From: Octopus sinensis
Lineage: Eukaryota
Length of the DNA stretch: 64,000 nt
Assembly (NCBI RefSeq): GCF_006345805.1
Contig: NC_043015.1
Coordinates: forward strand, 38,688,001-38,752,000
Direction: 5' to 3'
Both the position numbers and the translations under genes were made by a program. Under the pieces are notes generated by a model that had not been told where the DNA came from, searched no databases, and saw only the letters and a program-made list of their open reading frames with translations. Below, piece after piece: positions 24,953-38,447 of this stretch (position 1 is its first letter; every line of letters starts with the position of its first letter).

Positions 24953-25432
24953 CTGGCAAAAAAGAGAAAGAAATATAGTTAATTAAGAATCCAGGTGATT
25001 GTGTGTTATGTGCATACTGTTATCAGTTAACAATGCAGTTTCTGTGTTTTGATAGAATATGAGTGAGAGGACTGCATCCTGCTCCATCCAGTGTCTACTT
25101 TGACAGGGTTTCTATAGCCAAGCCCCTTCCTAGCACCAACCATTTTACAGACTGTTTTTCCTTCCTGTCACTAGTGAAGATTGCTTTGTAAAGCGAAAGG
25201 ATGAGAATAGATTTGCAGTTGCCATAGGATGGTAACACACATAATCCATACAACATATCATTTTGAATATAATACAGATAAAAGCATATGTTTATTAACA
25301 TGGTACATATGAGATGCATTCTCAAGACTACAGTTAAGTATGACATGCAAAATACTAGTCTATATAACTATGGATTCCATGACTGGTAACATATGTATGC
25401 AAACACACACAAACATGCAGGACAAACTTCTT

Positions 25433-26421
25433 CTGGACTCCTATGCATACTTAAGCTAGTAACCTGCCTCATTCTTGATTCCGAATTCCTTTTGCCAAGA
25501 CTGTCCGTAAACGAAGTGATCCCAAGATAAGAAATCCTTGAACTTTAATTCATCCCGTATTTCTATTTATTATTATTATTTATTAATTATTATTATTCTG
25601 ATCCCCCTAGACGCCACTCTGTTTACTATTTCAGCCTCGCCTCGTTTTTGCATATTCTGTATAATTCACTAGTTATCGTTATAGATATTTAAGATCTATT
25701 CTCCCTTACAGGGCTGATAGAAATTGGCTGCCGATTCTTCGCGCCCTTCTCTCCCCCTCTTTTTACATTGTCTGTCTGGACTCCTATGCATACTTAAGCT
25801 AGCATCCTGCCTCATTCTTGATTCCGAATTCCTTTTGCCAAGACTGTCCGTAAACGAAGTGATCCCAAGATAAGAAATCCTTGAACTTTAATTCATCCCG
25901 TATTTCTATTTATTATTATTTATTAATTATTATTATTCTGATCCCCCTAGACGCCACTCTGTTTACTATTTCAGCCTCGCCTCGTTTTTGCATATTCTGT
26001 ATAATTCACTAGTTATCGTTATAGATATTTAAGATCTATTCTCCCTTACAGGGCTGATAGAAATTGGCTGCCGATTCTTCGCGCCCTTCTCTCCCCCTCT
26101 TTTTACATTGTCTGTCTGGACTCCTATGCATACTTAAGCTAGTAACCTGCCTCATTCTTGATTCCGAATTCCTTTTGCCAAGACTGTCCGTAAACGAAGT
26201 GATCCCAAGATAAGAAATCCTTGAACTTTAATTCATCCCGTATTTCTATTTATTATTATTATTATTAATTATTATTATTCTGATCCCCCTAGACGCCACT
26301 CTGTTTACTATTTCAGCCTCGCCTCGTTTTTGCATATTCTGTATAATTCACTAGTTATCGTTATAGATATTTAAGATCTATTCTCCCTTACAGGGCTGAT
26401 AGAAGTTGGCTGCCGATTCTT
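25433..26421. repeat. Tandem array, about 340-343 bp x 2.9, nearly identical units
   Basis: The unit start ctggactcctatgcatacttaagctag occurs at 25433, 25776 and 26116. Confidence 0.95.
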
Positions 26422-26502
26422 CGCGGCGCACCCGCCCTACCTACCCCACCACCAATACCGAATATCTCTATTTTGCTCCAACTATACCGGATGTCGTTTC
26501 TC

Positions 26503-26975
26503 CCACCACCATTATAGGTGTCTACTCTTTGTACCCCCCTCTTCAATACGCTATTTCTCCATGCATTACCCCTCTCTCGATATCCTACGTTCTACTTGTC
26601 TAGAACCTGTCCTCTGAACCACCCCTCCCACTGGTGTTCCCCTATATTTCTGCACCCCCCCACCACCATTATAGGTGTCTACTCTTTGCACCCCCCTCTT
26701 CAATACGCTATTTCACCATGCATTACCCCTCTCTCGATATCCTACGTTCTACTTGCTAGAACCTGTCCTCTGAACCACCCCTCCCACTGGTGTTCCCCTA
26801 TATTTCTGCACCCCCCCACAACCATTATAGGTGTCTACTCTTTGCACCCCCCTCTTCAATACGCTATTTCACCATGCATTACCCCTCTCTCGGTATCCTA
26901 CGTTCTACTTGCCTAGTACCTGTCCTCTGAACCATCCCTCCCACTGGTGCTCCCCTATATTTCTGCACCCCCCCC
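26503..26975. repeat. Tandem array, about 156-157 bp x 3
   Basis: attataggtgtctactcttt recurs at 26511, 26668 and 26824; the array ends in poly-C. Confidence 0.95.
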
Positions 26976-27534
26976 CCCCATAAAAAGCACCATCCGAACG
27001 TGGCCGATGCCAGACCCCTCTGGCACCTGTGCAGGTGGCACGTAAAAAACACCCACTACACTCGCGGAGTGGTTGGCGTTAGGAAGGGCATCCAGCTGTA
27101 GAAACACTGCCAGACTAGACTGGAGCCTGGGGCAGTCCCGAGCTCCCCAGACCCCGGTCGAAACCGTCCAACCCGTGCTAGCGCGGAAAACGGACGTTAA
27201 ATGATGATGATTGACAAGGCTCTGGTCAGTCCAGGACACCAGATGGCAATTGGCCAAAGTAAGACTGAAATTAAAACCATGTGAACTTGTTAACCTCACA
27301 GCCATGCCTGCATGTTCTGACCACAGTATCTAACAAGATGTGGTTTCAATCCATGAAATGCGTTTCAGCAGTTTCACTCAATCCAGTTTTATTGACAAAG
27401 CTATAATGGAAGACACAGGCCACAACTTCTGAAGACAATCTTTGCATAAAGCCACCAAATTGTCCTCATTGTGTGTCTTTAAGCAATGGAAATGAAAACT
27501 CTGGCGCTTGACTCCCAGAAAGGTAAATACTCAC

Positions 27535-27600
27535 TTCTTCACCTCCTTTGTAGAATTTAAATGTTGGCATGGCTTGGATCCCCTCTTTCTCTGCTACCTC
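27535..27600 (-). CDS. TXN: Thioredoxin coding exon 4 (cis-Pro MPTF)
   Basis: cag acceptor and GAA|gtgagt donor, 66 nt. EVAEKEGIQAMPTFKFYKGGEE. Confidence 0.95.
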
Positions 27601-29654
27601 CTGCAATAACAATAGAGACACACTGTATATAATACACAATACATGTGCACAAAGATAAAAATATGATGAAGGTAAAGCAGGCAAAAACTTCAAAGTCACT
27701 GTCAACACATCTAGCTATAAAATATGTACTCTAAAACAAGTAGTGAGTAGTCATTTAGTTCGATGCAAAACTGTTTTTAGAACTCAACATAAAAACAGAC
27801 GACATCATACACGATGGGCTTCTTTCAGTTTCCATCTGCCAAATCCACTGACAAGGCTTTGGCTGGCCTGGAAGTATTGTAGAAGTCACTTACCCATGAT
27901 GCCACAACATAGAGTAAGACTGCACCCCAAAAATATGTGGTTTGGAAGCAATCTTCCCAACCACACCTGTATCACCTTGCTTCTACCTGAGAATTAAATT
28001 AAAGACACACAGGTCAGTGGAAGAATTGCAGTTCAAAGAGTAGATTGTCCATCATCAAGGATCAGATTATCTTGTGCCCTTCATTGTCATTTCGGTCTTA
28101 GCTCAAGCCCTGGTTGAACATATGTGGTCAAAGGCATTTCAGCTGTGACCACCCCATCGTTTCCATCTAGAACTGCATAATCTAATATGTCCTTCATTGA
28201 AGATAATAGAGAGGGATTTAGTTGTTATTTCTAGAAGGTCAAGATTCCAAATAGAGATATCACTGCTGGTGTGTAGTAGCTATTGTTGTTTGTCCCAATC
28301 AGTTCTAATTGAAGACATTCCAGTTGTGGCCAACCAAATTGATTTTTAGGCAACACATCAAGAATTACATTAACGTGCATTTTTTATTTTTTAAATGACA
28401 TTAGGAGATGATCTAAATTTTGTACTGGTGGCTATTGAAATCATATATGGTGAAATGTGTTCCAGCCATGACAAACCCATCTTTTTATTCAGGTACTGTG
28501 TAACTAAGGACACATTGCGTAATGTGTCCTTCCACTTTTTTTAGAGATGGCTGTATGTGAATCGAGGATAGTTTGGCTGCTGTCTCTAGTATGAATCTGT
28601 TATTGAGAGCCAAGCATGCTGGTTCATTTTATGAAATATTTAATGTGCCACTGTAGCTCTGTGGCATAATAAACAGAACAAAACTTCACCATTATTTGCG
28701 TCTGCTATTTCAGGCTGAGATGGGTCGAACAGGTCAACTCAGTCAGTGACAGATCTTAGAGTAAATGCCATCTCAGGTGTGGCTAGAGAACCACACCTGG
28801 AGACCTAATGTTATATTTTGCCAGGGTTTCAATTGCTGGAAGCCTTTCTCAACATCAACCAACTTACTGAGCACACTGAACACATTTTATCATGGAACCC
28901 TGTTCAACCTGGCTAAAAGGTCTTTTCAACCCCGTTTTTTATATCAGTAGGCCCTAATTCTGATCACATAACCTTATTTTCCAGCTTACAAGTCAACATA
29001 GTATATTGTGTAAAAGTTCAACATTGCAATGATCTTCCCAAATCCATTGTATTTCACAAAGTTATCTTGGTGTAGAAACTGACCAACTTATTTTGGCTGT
29101 AAAAAAAACTTTTGATCTCAAAAATTCAACCAGTTTGCCAGAAAATATGGTAATTACGGGACTCCTAGTAACTGTCAAAGCAAATTTAGCAAGGAAACCT
29201 AACAACTTGAGAATTTCCAGGTTTTTTTTCTCGTACATAATTATTCATGAGTCATTTATAATGAATCAAACCTCGTTAATACAAACACAACTATATTTCT
29301 AGCAAGTATAGACAGCTCAGTTTCAATGACAAATGTTTGGATAAGTTCATGAGATTCCTTCATTCAAGAAGCAAGCCAACATAACACTACTTCCCTTGTT
29401 TGCATTTTAATTAAAAACCATGTCCAAAGTCTATCATTATAACAGGAATATCATCAAAGCACTTCAGCAGTCAAATAGTTCCATCACATAAAACACATCA
29501 AGCTCTATTTCAAACACCAATTTCATAGAATGATTAATTAAAGTCTAAGACAGGCTGATATTTCTCAACTGAAACCCCCACCCAGAACCTTATCCAAACA
29601 ATTGTGAATTAATAAAGTTTGAAGATTTGATAATTAAAAGAAAAAAGAAATTAC

Positions 29655-29714
29655 AGATGCATCGTCAACGTCTACCGTGCAAAAGAGGACCGATTTAAAC
29701 TCTTCTTCCATAGC
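29655..29714 (-). CDS. TXN: Thioredoxin coding exon 3
   Basis: cag acceptor and TCT|gtaatt donor, 60 nt. AMEEEFKSVLFCTVDVDDAS. Too short for the ORF track. Confidence 0.93.
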
Positions 29715-30399
29715 CTGTGTAAAAAAAGATAAAAAAAAAGATTTTATATTTTATTTCATACAAAAACTGATCATCATCATCAACAACCTCTAGTCACCAC
29801 TCGCGCGTGTCCAAGCACTCATAAAACCAATTATTCCATTTTCACGACATACAAGTGACCAAAATTACAACATTCTCCCTGGAAATGCGATGCCGGTCAG
29901 TTGCAGGATTACTTATTTATAGCTGAATGGACGAAGTTACGTTCTCACGTCATACTGACTCATAACGGCCAGATTCCTAGTTTCCACAGCATATATTATT
30001 CTCCACCTGGACAGGACGCCAGTCCATTGCAAGACTGGAGCAATGTGAAATGAAGTTATCGAAACCACAATTTTGTGATCATGAGTGCAAGACCTAAACA
30101 AGTAGGCCGTGCCCCACAAGCACAGAGGCGAGGGAATGAGAACGTGTAATAGTCATACAATCTGTGAATACATTGGTAGAAGCAAAGTGAACTGTTTTTA
30201 ACCAACTCCATTTTGGAAAACTTATTATGAGCCAACAACATGATGACAGCGTTTGGGACATTCAACACAACTACCCACAATATGAATGGTTTTGTATCTG
30301 TAAATAACATTCAACAGAAGCATTGATTTAAGACAGGCAATAAGAGAAAAGCAACTGATGCAGTCATTGCCAGCTGCACAATTGCATTACCATTTATTA

Positions 30400-31050
30400 T
30401 AAACTGTGCAAGAGAGATGACTGTGCTGGTATGGTCATGGGTTACAGATGGATGAAGACAGCTGTGTGAAGAAATGCCACTCCCTAACTGTGGAAGGAAC
30501 CTGTGGAAGAGGTAGGCCCAGGAAGACATGGGGTGAAGCACGACCTTCAAACATTGGGCCCCACAGAAGCAATAACAGGAGACCGAGACGTTTGGAAATA
30601 TGCTGTGATTGAGAAGACCCAGAAACTAAAATGAGATTGCAGCCACACATGTCCGGCCCAATTAAGAGTACCCCTGATGCATCGGACGATATAATATGCT
30701 TGAGAAGACTGTTTCAGTCAAGTAAAACCAATATTGTAGCTGTGGCCAATGCCCCCTGACAGGCACTGTCCAAACATGATCAATGCCAGGACCTCTTGAC
30801 TGGCCCCCATACCAGTAGCATATTAAAAGCACTAGCTGAATGTGATCGATGCCAGGTTCACCCGACTGGCTCTTGTGTCGATGGTACGTAAAAAGCACCC
30901 ATTCACTCTCAAAGTGGTTGGCATTAGGACGGGCATCCAGCTGTAGAAACTCTGCCAGATCAGATTGGAGCCTGGTTCAGCCGCTGGCTCTCCAGACCTC
31001 AGTCAAACTGTCCAACCCATGCCAGCATGGAAAACGGGTGCTAAACAATG
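30400..31050 (+). mobile_element. RTE LINE 3' end (ORF2 C-terminus, UTR, GGAAGGGCATCC-like domain, (ATG)n)
   Basis: WYGH..MDEDSCVKKCHSLTVEGTCGRGRPRKTW, then UTR, gtggttggcattaggacgggcatccagctgtagaaac, and tail gatgatgatg. Confidence 0.85.
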
Positions 31051-31949
31051 ATGATGATGGCTTCAAGTCCATCTTCTCAAGTTAAGAACTGAAAATAGTT
31101 AACTGCACTGTTTCATCTCCATGAAATGAATGCAGACGTGGCTGTGTGGACATGAAGCCCACTTCCCAATCATGTGATATCAGGTTGAGTGTCATCATGT
31201 TGTACCTTGGGCAGGTGTCTTCTATTATAGCCTTGGGCCAACCAAAGACTTGTGAGTGGATTTGGTAGATAGAAACTGAAAGGGACATGTATATAAGTGT
31301 GTATGTGTGGTCTCTGTCCCCATCTCATCACTTGACAACCAATGTTGGTGTGTTTATATACCTGTAACTAAGCAGTTTGGCAAAAGAAACTGACAGAATA
31401 AACATCATCATCGTTTAACGTCCGTTTTCCATGCTGGCATGGATTAGATGGTTCGACCGGGGTCTGGGAAGCCAGGAGGAGGCACCAGGCTCCAATCTGA
31501 TTTGGCAGAGTTTCTACAGCTGGATACCCTTCCAAACGCCAACCACTCTGAGAATGTAGTGGGTGCTTTTACGTGCCACCAGCACAGGGCCAATCAGGCG
31601 GTACTGACAACGACCTTGCTTGAATCTTGTACACATGCCACCGGCACAGGTACCAGTAAGGCGATGCTGGTAATATTAAATATCAAATGATTCATAGAAT
31701 ATATAAATTAGTAAAATATAAAATATTTATACATAAAAATAGGGATGGGGAGAACTGAGGGTATTATGTGGTCATGAAGAGGGCAGAGGCCCAAAAAGCT
31801 TGAGAACCTCTGACCTTAATAGCTTTGGCAAAAAGATGGTAGCTGAAGTCGAAAAGTGAAAGAAGTTGGAGGAATAATTGCTCCTGTCAGGAATTGAAGA
31901 GTACCTCTCTGTCTCTATGTGAAAGGTCAGTTGTATGCTGCATGGTTAA

Positions 31950-32155
31950 CCCTTTCGTTACCGTATCTGTGTTTCTTTCAATTAATTTTAAATATAACAA
32001 AGAATTTAGTAAAATAACTTAGTTATCATTAAGCTGGTATTAGGAACATAAATTGTGACTAAGGTTTGGTGGAAGATTTTAATTCCAAACTTATGAAAAC
32101 AAAACATTTATACTCAGAGCTAGAGGTGGTCTCAGCCGGGTTGGCATTGAAAGGG
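31950..32155 (+). mobile_element. piggyBac-type MITE
   Basis: TTAA|CCCTTTCG...AAAGGG|TTAC. Confidence 0.85.
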
Positions 32156-32640
32156 TTACTGATCTGTGGCTATTGAAGGTGAAAGCTCTGCAAAAGGTGG
32201 AAAAAGGAACAGTGCCCTTGTGACAGAGAATGGCTGAGCATGAAAGATATTGACTACAAAGAACTGTGATGGTATGGACATCATAATCATTGGAATTCTT
32301 CCCTTGGTCATGTTCTTCCTGAAGTTACCAACTTAAAGCAGCTGAAGAAAGGCCATTAACAGCATTGGTCTCACTCATCTTGAAACGGCTGAAAAAGCTA
32401 TGGGCACAACAAAGGGCTTTTTAACTCATCAGCATTTAAACCAGTCATGTCCAGCCCCTCAAACATACACTACAATATCATTTTAAAAATAAACAATCTC
32501 ATCATTGAAATGTTCAAGCTATGAGATAATCCCTGATTAATTCAAAACTATGTGAATAAAGAAGCATGACATTTGACAGAAGAAGCTGAACGCTAAATGA
32601 CTAATCCAGAATACGAAAATAGTAATGAAAATGAACCTAC

Positions 32641-32745
32641 CTTAAGTTTGGGAGCAATCATTTTGCAAGGCCCACACCATGTGGCAAAGAAATCAATTAT
32701 AATAAGTTTGTCCTTGTTTTCTTTCAAAGTTTGGTCAAATTTTTC
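32641..32745 (-). CDS. TXN: Thioredoxin coding exon 2 (active site WCGPC)
   Basis: tag acceptor and AAG|gtaggt donor, 105 nt. [35 protein letters not shown]. Confidence 0.97.
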
Positions 32746-33064
32746 CTACAATCAGACGAAAAAAAAAAAAAACCCATTTAATTCAGAAGAGATGGCAAGG
32801 CTGTATAATTTCCAATAACATTGATTTCAGGTTCAATCCCACGGCACGGCACATTAAGCTGGTATCTTTTTAAAGTCCCTGGTTAATCAATGCTTCGTGA
32901 ATGAATGACAGAAAGAAAGCGAAAGATACTAATTGTACGGATATGTCTCGAGTATTACTGTAAGATTGGTGTCCAGCCATAAAAGGGAGGGGGAGAGAGG
33001 GGAGGGGGGCAGGTGTTTCTTTCACTCGTTACAGACTGCAGCCATGTTGGGACATTGCCTTTAA

Positions 33065-33285
33065 CCCTTTCATTACCATATTTCTGTTGAGATGCTCTGT
33101 GTTTCTTTCAATTATTTTAGATATAACAAAGAATTTAGAAAAATAACTTAGTTACCATTAAGCTAGTGTTAGTAATGTAAATTGTGACTAAAGTTTGGTG
33201 GAAAATTTTAATTCAAAACTTAAGAAAACAAGACATTTGTACTACAGGGCCAGAGGCGGTTTCGGCCAGGTTGGTAATGAAAGGG
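33065..33285 (+). mobile_element. piggyBac-type MITE
   Basis: TTAA|CCCTTTC...AAAGGG|TTAA. Confidence 0.88.
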
Positions 33286-33337
33286 TTAAGGATTTAATGG
33301 AACAACAAATCAACCCCCAGCATTAATTTTTACTAAG

Positions 33338-34780
33338 TCATCATCATTTAACATCTATTGTCCATGTTGGCAAAGCTGGGGAGCTGCACAACACTCTGCT
33401 TTGGCAAAGGTTCATTGGTTGGATGTTCTTCCTAATGCCAACTACTTTATAGAAGGTGGCTGCTTCTATGTGGCACTACCATGAGTGCTTTCCGTAAGAG
33501 GGCCCAGTCTTAGCACGGAATACAAGGCACCAGGCATCTCAATCCTTTGCCATTTCGCCTGAAAGGTTCTGGCATCCTGATGTCGTTCTTCAGTACTTCA
33601 TCCCATATTGTCTTGCCCCCACCACCACCACCACTTCCATCTACTTTGAGACCAGCACTTCTTTACGGAGCTAACAGCATCCATCGGCATCACATGACCA
33701 AACCTATGCAGTCTCCTCTCTTTGCACAAAACAACGAATTCTTCTTATGCCTAACTTCTCTCTCAAAATACTAGCACACACCGTTGAACATGCATACTTA
33801 CATTTACACATCCAGCAGGGCATACCAGCCTCATCCCTTTCTAACCTTTGCATGTTCTCTGCATTCAGGGCCCACATATGACCACCATGTACAATTGCTG
33901 TCCATATTCATGCATCATACAATCTTCCTTTTACTCAGAATAGAGAAACCTTTTGTGGCCAACAGAGGTAACAGCTCTCTAAATTTACTCCATCCTATTG
34001 TTATTCTAGCTATCACACTCTCCATGCACCCTTCCCCACTACTAATTTGGTCCCCTAGGTAGCAGAAATTATCTACTACCTCTAATGAGCCACCAGGGCA
34101 TTCGAGAGAATCAATTTCCTGAGTTTCCAAAGTTTTTATGGATCCTGTGCATCTTCCACTTTACAAAAACTATCTTCTCTGACAGCCTTCCTATTAATCC
34201 ACAGCACCTCTTGTGTCCATAGCTTACACTGGGTACACCATATTGAGTTCCTGCCTATACCTTTTCTATAGATCAAATAAGGCCACCTATCTGAGGTGGG
34301 TATGGTCGTGTCAGTTTTCTTGCTGACTAGGATCTTAGTTTTTGATAAGTTAACATTAAGACCCTTAGATTCCAGGTTTTGCTTCCACACCTGGAATTTC
34401 TCATCTAGCTTTGATATAGAATCTGCTGTGAGGACAAGACCATTAGCATATAGTATTTCCAGGGGCTGACGGTCTTGAATTCCCATTAATGATGAAAAAG
34501 AGGAGACTAAAGATTGAGCCTCAATGAACCCCTACTCTCACCTTACAGACAGTATCTTTGTGCATGGTCTGTACAACTTTCACCAGCCACCAGCAGCTTC
34601 AGAGTCCACCATATCACACAGCAGGGAACTCTATCGAAGGCTTTCTCTAGATCAATGAATGTTAGGTACATTAATTTATTCTTAGCTAAATACTTTTCTT
34701 GCAGTTACCTGACTAACAAAATAAAATCAGAAGTGCTTCTTCCCTGGACAAAGCCAAACTGCATTTCATCTAGCCTATTT
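33338..34780 (-). mobile_element. RTE LINE, 5'-truncated, frameshifted RT domain and 3' end
   Basis: Peptides QFGFVQGRST, FIDLEKAFDRVP, PLEILYANGLVL (YADD-like), GLNVNLSKTK and LEVVDNFCYLGD; (CAT)n tail at 33338. Confidence 0.85.
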
Positions 34781-34807
34781 TCAACACTTCCATTTCCTTT
34801 CTCAACA

Positions 34808-34975
34808 TTTTGGTCAGCATTCATCACTCCACTCTCACCACCTCCATCCACTACAAACACACAGACTCACACCTCTACTTCTCCTCCTCCCACCCTAAAC
34901 ACACCAAGCTCTCCATCCCCTATTCCCAATTCCTCCGAGTGCACAGGCTCTGCATTGATGACCATGGCTTTGAGC
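34808..34975 (+). mobile_element. Penelope-like element fragment
   Basis: VSIHHSTLTTSIHYKHTDSH..SSSHPKHTKLSIPYSQFLR; same family as 47715-48765. Confidence 0.85.
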
Positions 34976-35779
34976 TTATAAAGAATAAGTCCTGGGTGTG
35001 GGGGTAAATTTGTTTGACTAAAGGTAGTGCTCCAGCATGGCTGCAGTCAAATGACTGAAACAAGTAAAACAATATGTGTGTGTATAGGTAGGTAGGGAGG
35101 GGTGGTAGGTAGATGGACCGATAGATATCATTTAACATCCAGTTTCCAAGCCGGCACGGGCAGGATGGTTTGACCGAAAACTAGTAAGCTGGCAGGTGGG
35201 GGGGGGGGGGGTTACGGCCGGATGTCCTTCCTAATGCCACATATCCCATCATTTAATGTCAGACTTCCATACTGACCCGAGTCGGATTGTTTAACTAGAT
35301 CCCTTCATTATATTGTTTCACGTATGTACAAGCTGTTACTTATAAAATGCAGTTTGTGACACTACCACATGCAATAAGAGACACCCCCATCCAGTTATTC
35401 GCCATGCTAGAAATAGCAGCCAAATTTTCCTAAAATCACACAACTGTCTTAAACAAGTGAAGGAAACCTTAGATGTATTGCAGATACAGCATTATTATTA
35501 TTATTATCATTTAACGTCCATTTTCGATGCTGGCATGAGTGAACCCCTTTAAAACAAAAGCCTAAAAAACAGAATTGATATTACAGGATAGGCTCACTGA
35601 ATGGGGTCAGTTCAGGTCTAAACAATGACATACAAACGTGTGTGTGTGTGTGTGTAACAGTCTCCTGTAACAAATACAAAGGCAATCCGTTTAAAACAGA
35701 ACAGATGTTGAAATATTGATGATAATAAAAACTTATTTAACTTATATTTTATATCCACAATGGTGACTAATACAACCGT

Positions 35780-36790
35780 ATAATGATTCTTGAAGTTTTG
35801 GTAGACTGTTTGTATGCGTGCGCGAATTTTTTTTTTCATATTCGTTCATAGGAAGTTGTTTTACACCTATTACACACATTTTTTTGAAGACTGTTTGTAT
35901 GCAAGTGTGTTTAACTGTGCACATGAATGTGAATATTAAAGAACATATTTATTTACTATGATTGTTATTTTCAGAACAAATAAATCTTTTGGCTGTTATG
36001 TTATTGATGTTATTATTATTGCTAGTTAAAGGGTGGTGACTTGGCTGAATATTTTGAGTCTTGTAGTTGTGTTAGTCAATATTCTGAGTTCAAATCCAAC
36101 TCATTTCTTTATCATCATTATCGATGGACCACTCAAAGAGGTATGTATACATTATCATTTTCGTAACATAATTTCTGTAGTATTTCAAGATGTTTCTGAC
36201 ACGTATTTTGATTCACATGGTGGAGATCCAACATTTCTTCACTTTTTCCAGAATTTCTTCTCTTTATTTTTTTTTTTTTTTGCGAAATACGGAGTTTATG
36301 ATTCATGTGTGAGTGTGTGTTCTTGATACTCGTTTAGAACAAGTAGTTTTACACCAATTACACTATTTTTCTTAGTTTAAAGGCCGTGGACTGAAGATGT
36401 GAAATTTCCGAAGCCTCTCCCCCACCCCCCTTTCGCGAGCGCGCATTTTTTTCATGATAGTCGTTTTGAGCAAGTTGTTTTACACCTATTACGCTGTTTT
36501 TGTTTTTGTGCCCGGTTCAGACGCTTTCGGAAATTCCCGATATAAATATTCCGAGGCCTCTCCCCCACCCCTCTTTCGCGAGAGCGCATTTTTTTTTTTA
36601 TATTCGTTTAGAGCAAGTTGTTTTACACATATTACACTATTTTTTTTTTGTTTTGGTGCCCGGGTCAGCCCCTCAGACACTTTCGGAACTTCCCGATGTG
36701 AATTTTCCGAGGCCTCTCCCCCACCTTCATATTCGTTCATAGGAAGTTGTTTTACACCTATTACACACATTTTTTTTTTGATTTTCTGAT
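35780..36790. repeat. Unclassified CpG-rich repeat with internal direct repeats
   Basis: Three to four copies of tccga(g/a)gcctctcccccacc and gcaagttgttttacacctattac. A segment of about 50 bp at 35836 is repeated at 36727. Confidence 0.5.
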
Positions 36791-37788
36791 ATTTGTTACG
36801 CCCTATATTAACCACTGGAAAGTGTTTAAGTGTGTATGTGAATTTGAGGAGTTTTTTTTTTTCTAGTAGTTTCAGCTGGGAAGGGACTGTGGCAATTATT
36901 TTCGCAGATCCTTCGAAATTGGACAAATTGTATGAGAGGGAGGGAGGACATACGTGGGTACGTGCAAGTATAGGAACGTCAATGGACGGTTGTATATACT
37001 AAGCGTCCAGAACTAGTTCATGACGACTGGGCCAACCCACTTTTCTTTTGTTCCCAGGACACAGTGAAAGTGAAATTACACAGCTTGCCACAAGCGAAGT
37101 GTGTCTCTATAAATTATAAGAAACGAAAACGAAACAGTACACGATATCGGCTTCACACACACACACAATCATAGCAACGTAGTCGTTGTTGAAAGTGGAT
37201 CCACCAAAATATTTTAATGGCAAAACTAGAAGAGAAAGAGTCGATGACTAACGCCAAATGCACGAGAAACAATTACGTATATGAAAAATTATGGACTTCA
37301 TCACGTTTGACTTTGTTCTGGGAAACGGATCTGTTTGCAATGACAAATCTCAGATCTTTTACTGTTATACAATCTCAAAAGTTGACAGTACACTCCGTTT
37401 TTCCCTGGGGTAGACTGTAGACTAGCGATCGTCAACCTTTTTAGAACCACAAACCGGGGTGGGGGCATCATGCGCATAATATATCAACTATTGCATACAA
37501 AAAGAAACAAAGCCAAAAAACAACATACTACAGATTGCGATAGCCAATAATATAGAAATCAATTTTTAAAAATTATTTTTCTGTGCAGCCTGGTACCGAG
37601 TGATCTATGGTTTGGTGGTCGGGGACCCCTGCCGCAGATGATAGTTGAGGACAGCCCAACCTCGGGACGAAACTGTAAGATTTTATACACACACGCACAA
37701 GCTCACATATACTCTACCTACCGTAGACTTCTGTATCACATGTCTCGACTATGTTAAATATTTTCCTTTTATATATTCTACAATTTCA

Positions 37789-37975
37789 AGGCGGCGAAGT
37801 GGCAGAATGGTTAAGCACACCGTCTTTACGTTCTGAGTCCAAATTTCACTGAGGTCGACTGTGTTTTTCATCCTTTCGGGCTCGATAAAATAAGTACCAG
37901 TTGAGCACTGGAATCGAAATAATCGACTTTGCCCCTCTACTCACATTTCTGGCCCTATGCCAAAATTTGAAACCT
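37789..37975 (+). mobile_element. tRNA-derived SINE family B (Deu/Nin-domain-like)
   Basis: Head ggcggcgaagtggcagaatggttaagcac..gagtccaaatttc; core gaggtcgac..tcatcctttcggg.tcgataaaataagtaccag. Other copies at about 38850-39010, 40350-40640 and 43720-43900. Confidence 0.75.
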
Positions 37976-38099
37976 ATATATTTCATAACTTTTACATAAC
38001 GATGTGTGTGTGTTACGCTAAAAGTGCTATTCACATCCTTCACTTTAAAAAAAACCCGAATGCCTTGTCTCCTGACAACTTGATTCGTTCGATGCCGCC

Positions 38100-38447
38100 G
38101 CCCTCTCTTGAACTAAAAACATTTCTGGAATTCGAATTTGACTTGGCAAATGACAGTCGACAGCAGGTGCAGCAATTGTCCCAAATGTAATATCCTGCTT
38201 AAAAGCTCTACCTGCGACGATTTCATCTCAATCGAAGGAGAGGAGCTTTCTCCGTCCGGGTTGCGGATCCGTGAAACAAGCTGCCAGACGAGATGGTAAA
38301 GATGCCGACGACCGCTTTGTTCAAAGCCTCCCTGGACCTCAAGTGGCCTGAACTCTTTACATGAACACCACCCTGTACTTAACTCCATGTCCCCCTACAT
38401 GGCCTTGCTATTTGCTTTTGAGCCAAATTAACTAACTAACTAACTAA
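38100..38447 (+). mobile_element. CR1-clade LINE 3' end with (TAAC)n tail
   Basis: LYLRRFHLNRRRGAFSVRVADP*NKLPDEMVKMPTTALFKASLD, followed by taactaactaactaa. Confidence 0.8.

Noticed and set aside
26406-26916. 132-aa and 65-aa ORFs with internal repeats
   Set aside because: Open only because of the 156-bp tandem unit; no recognisable domain or splice context.
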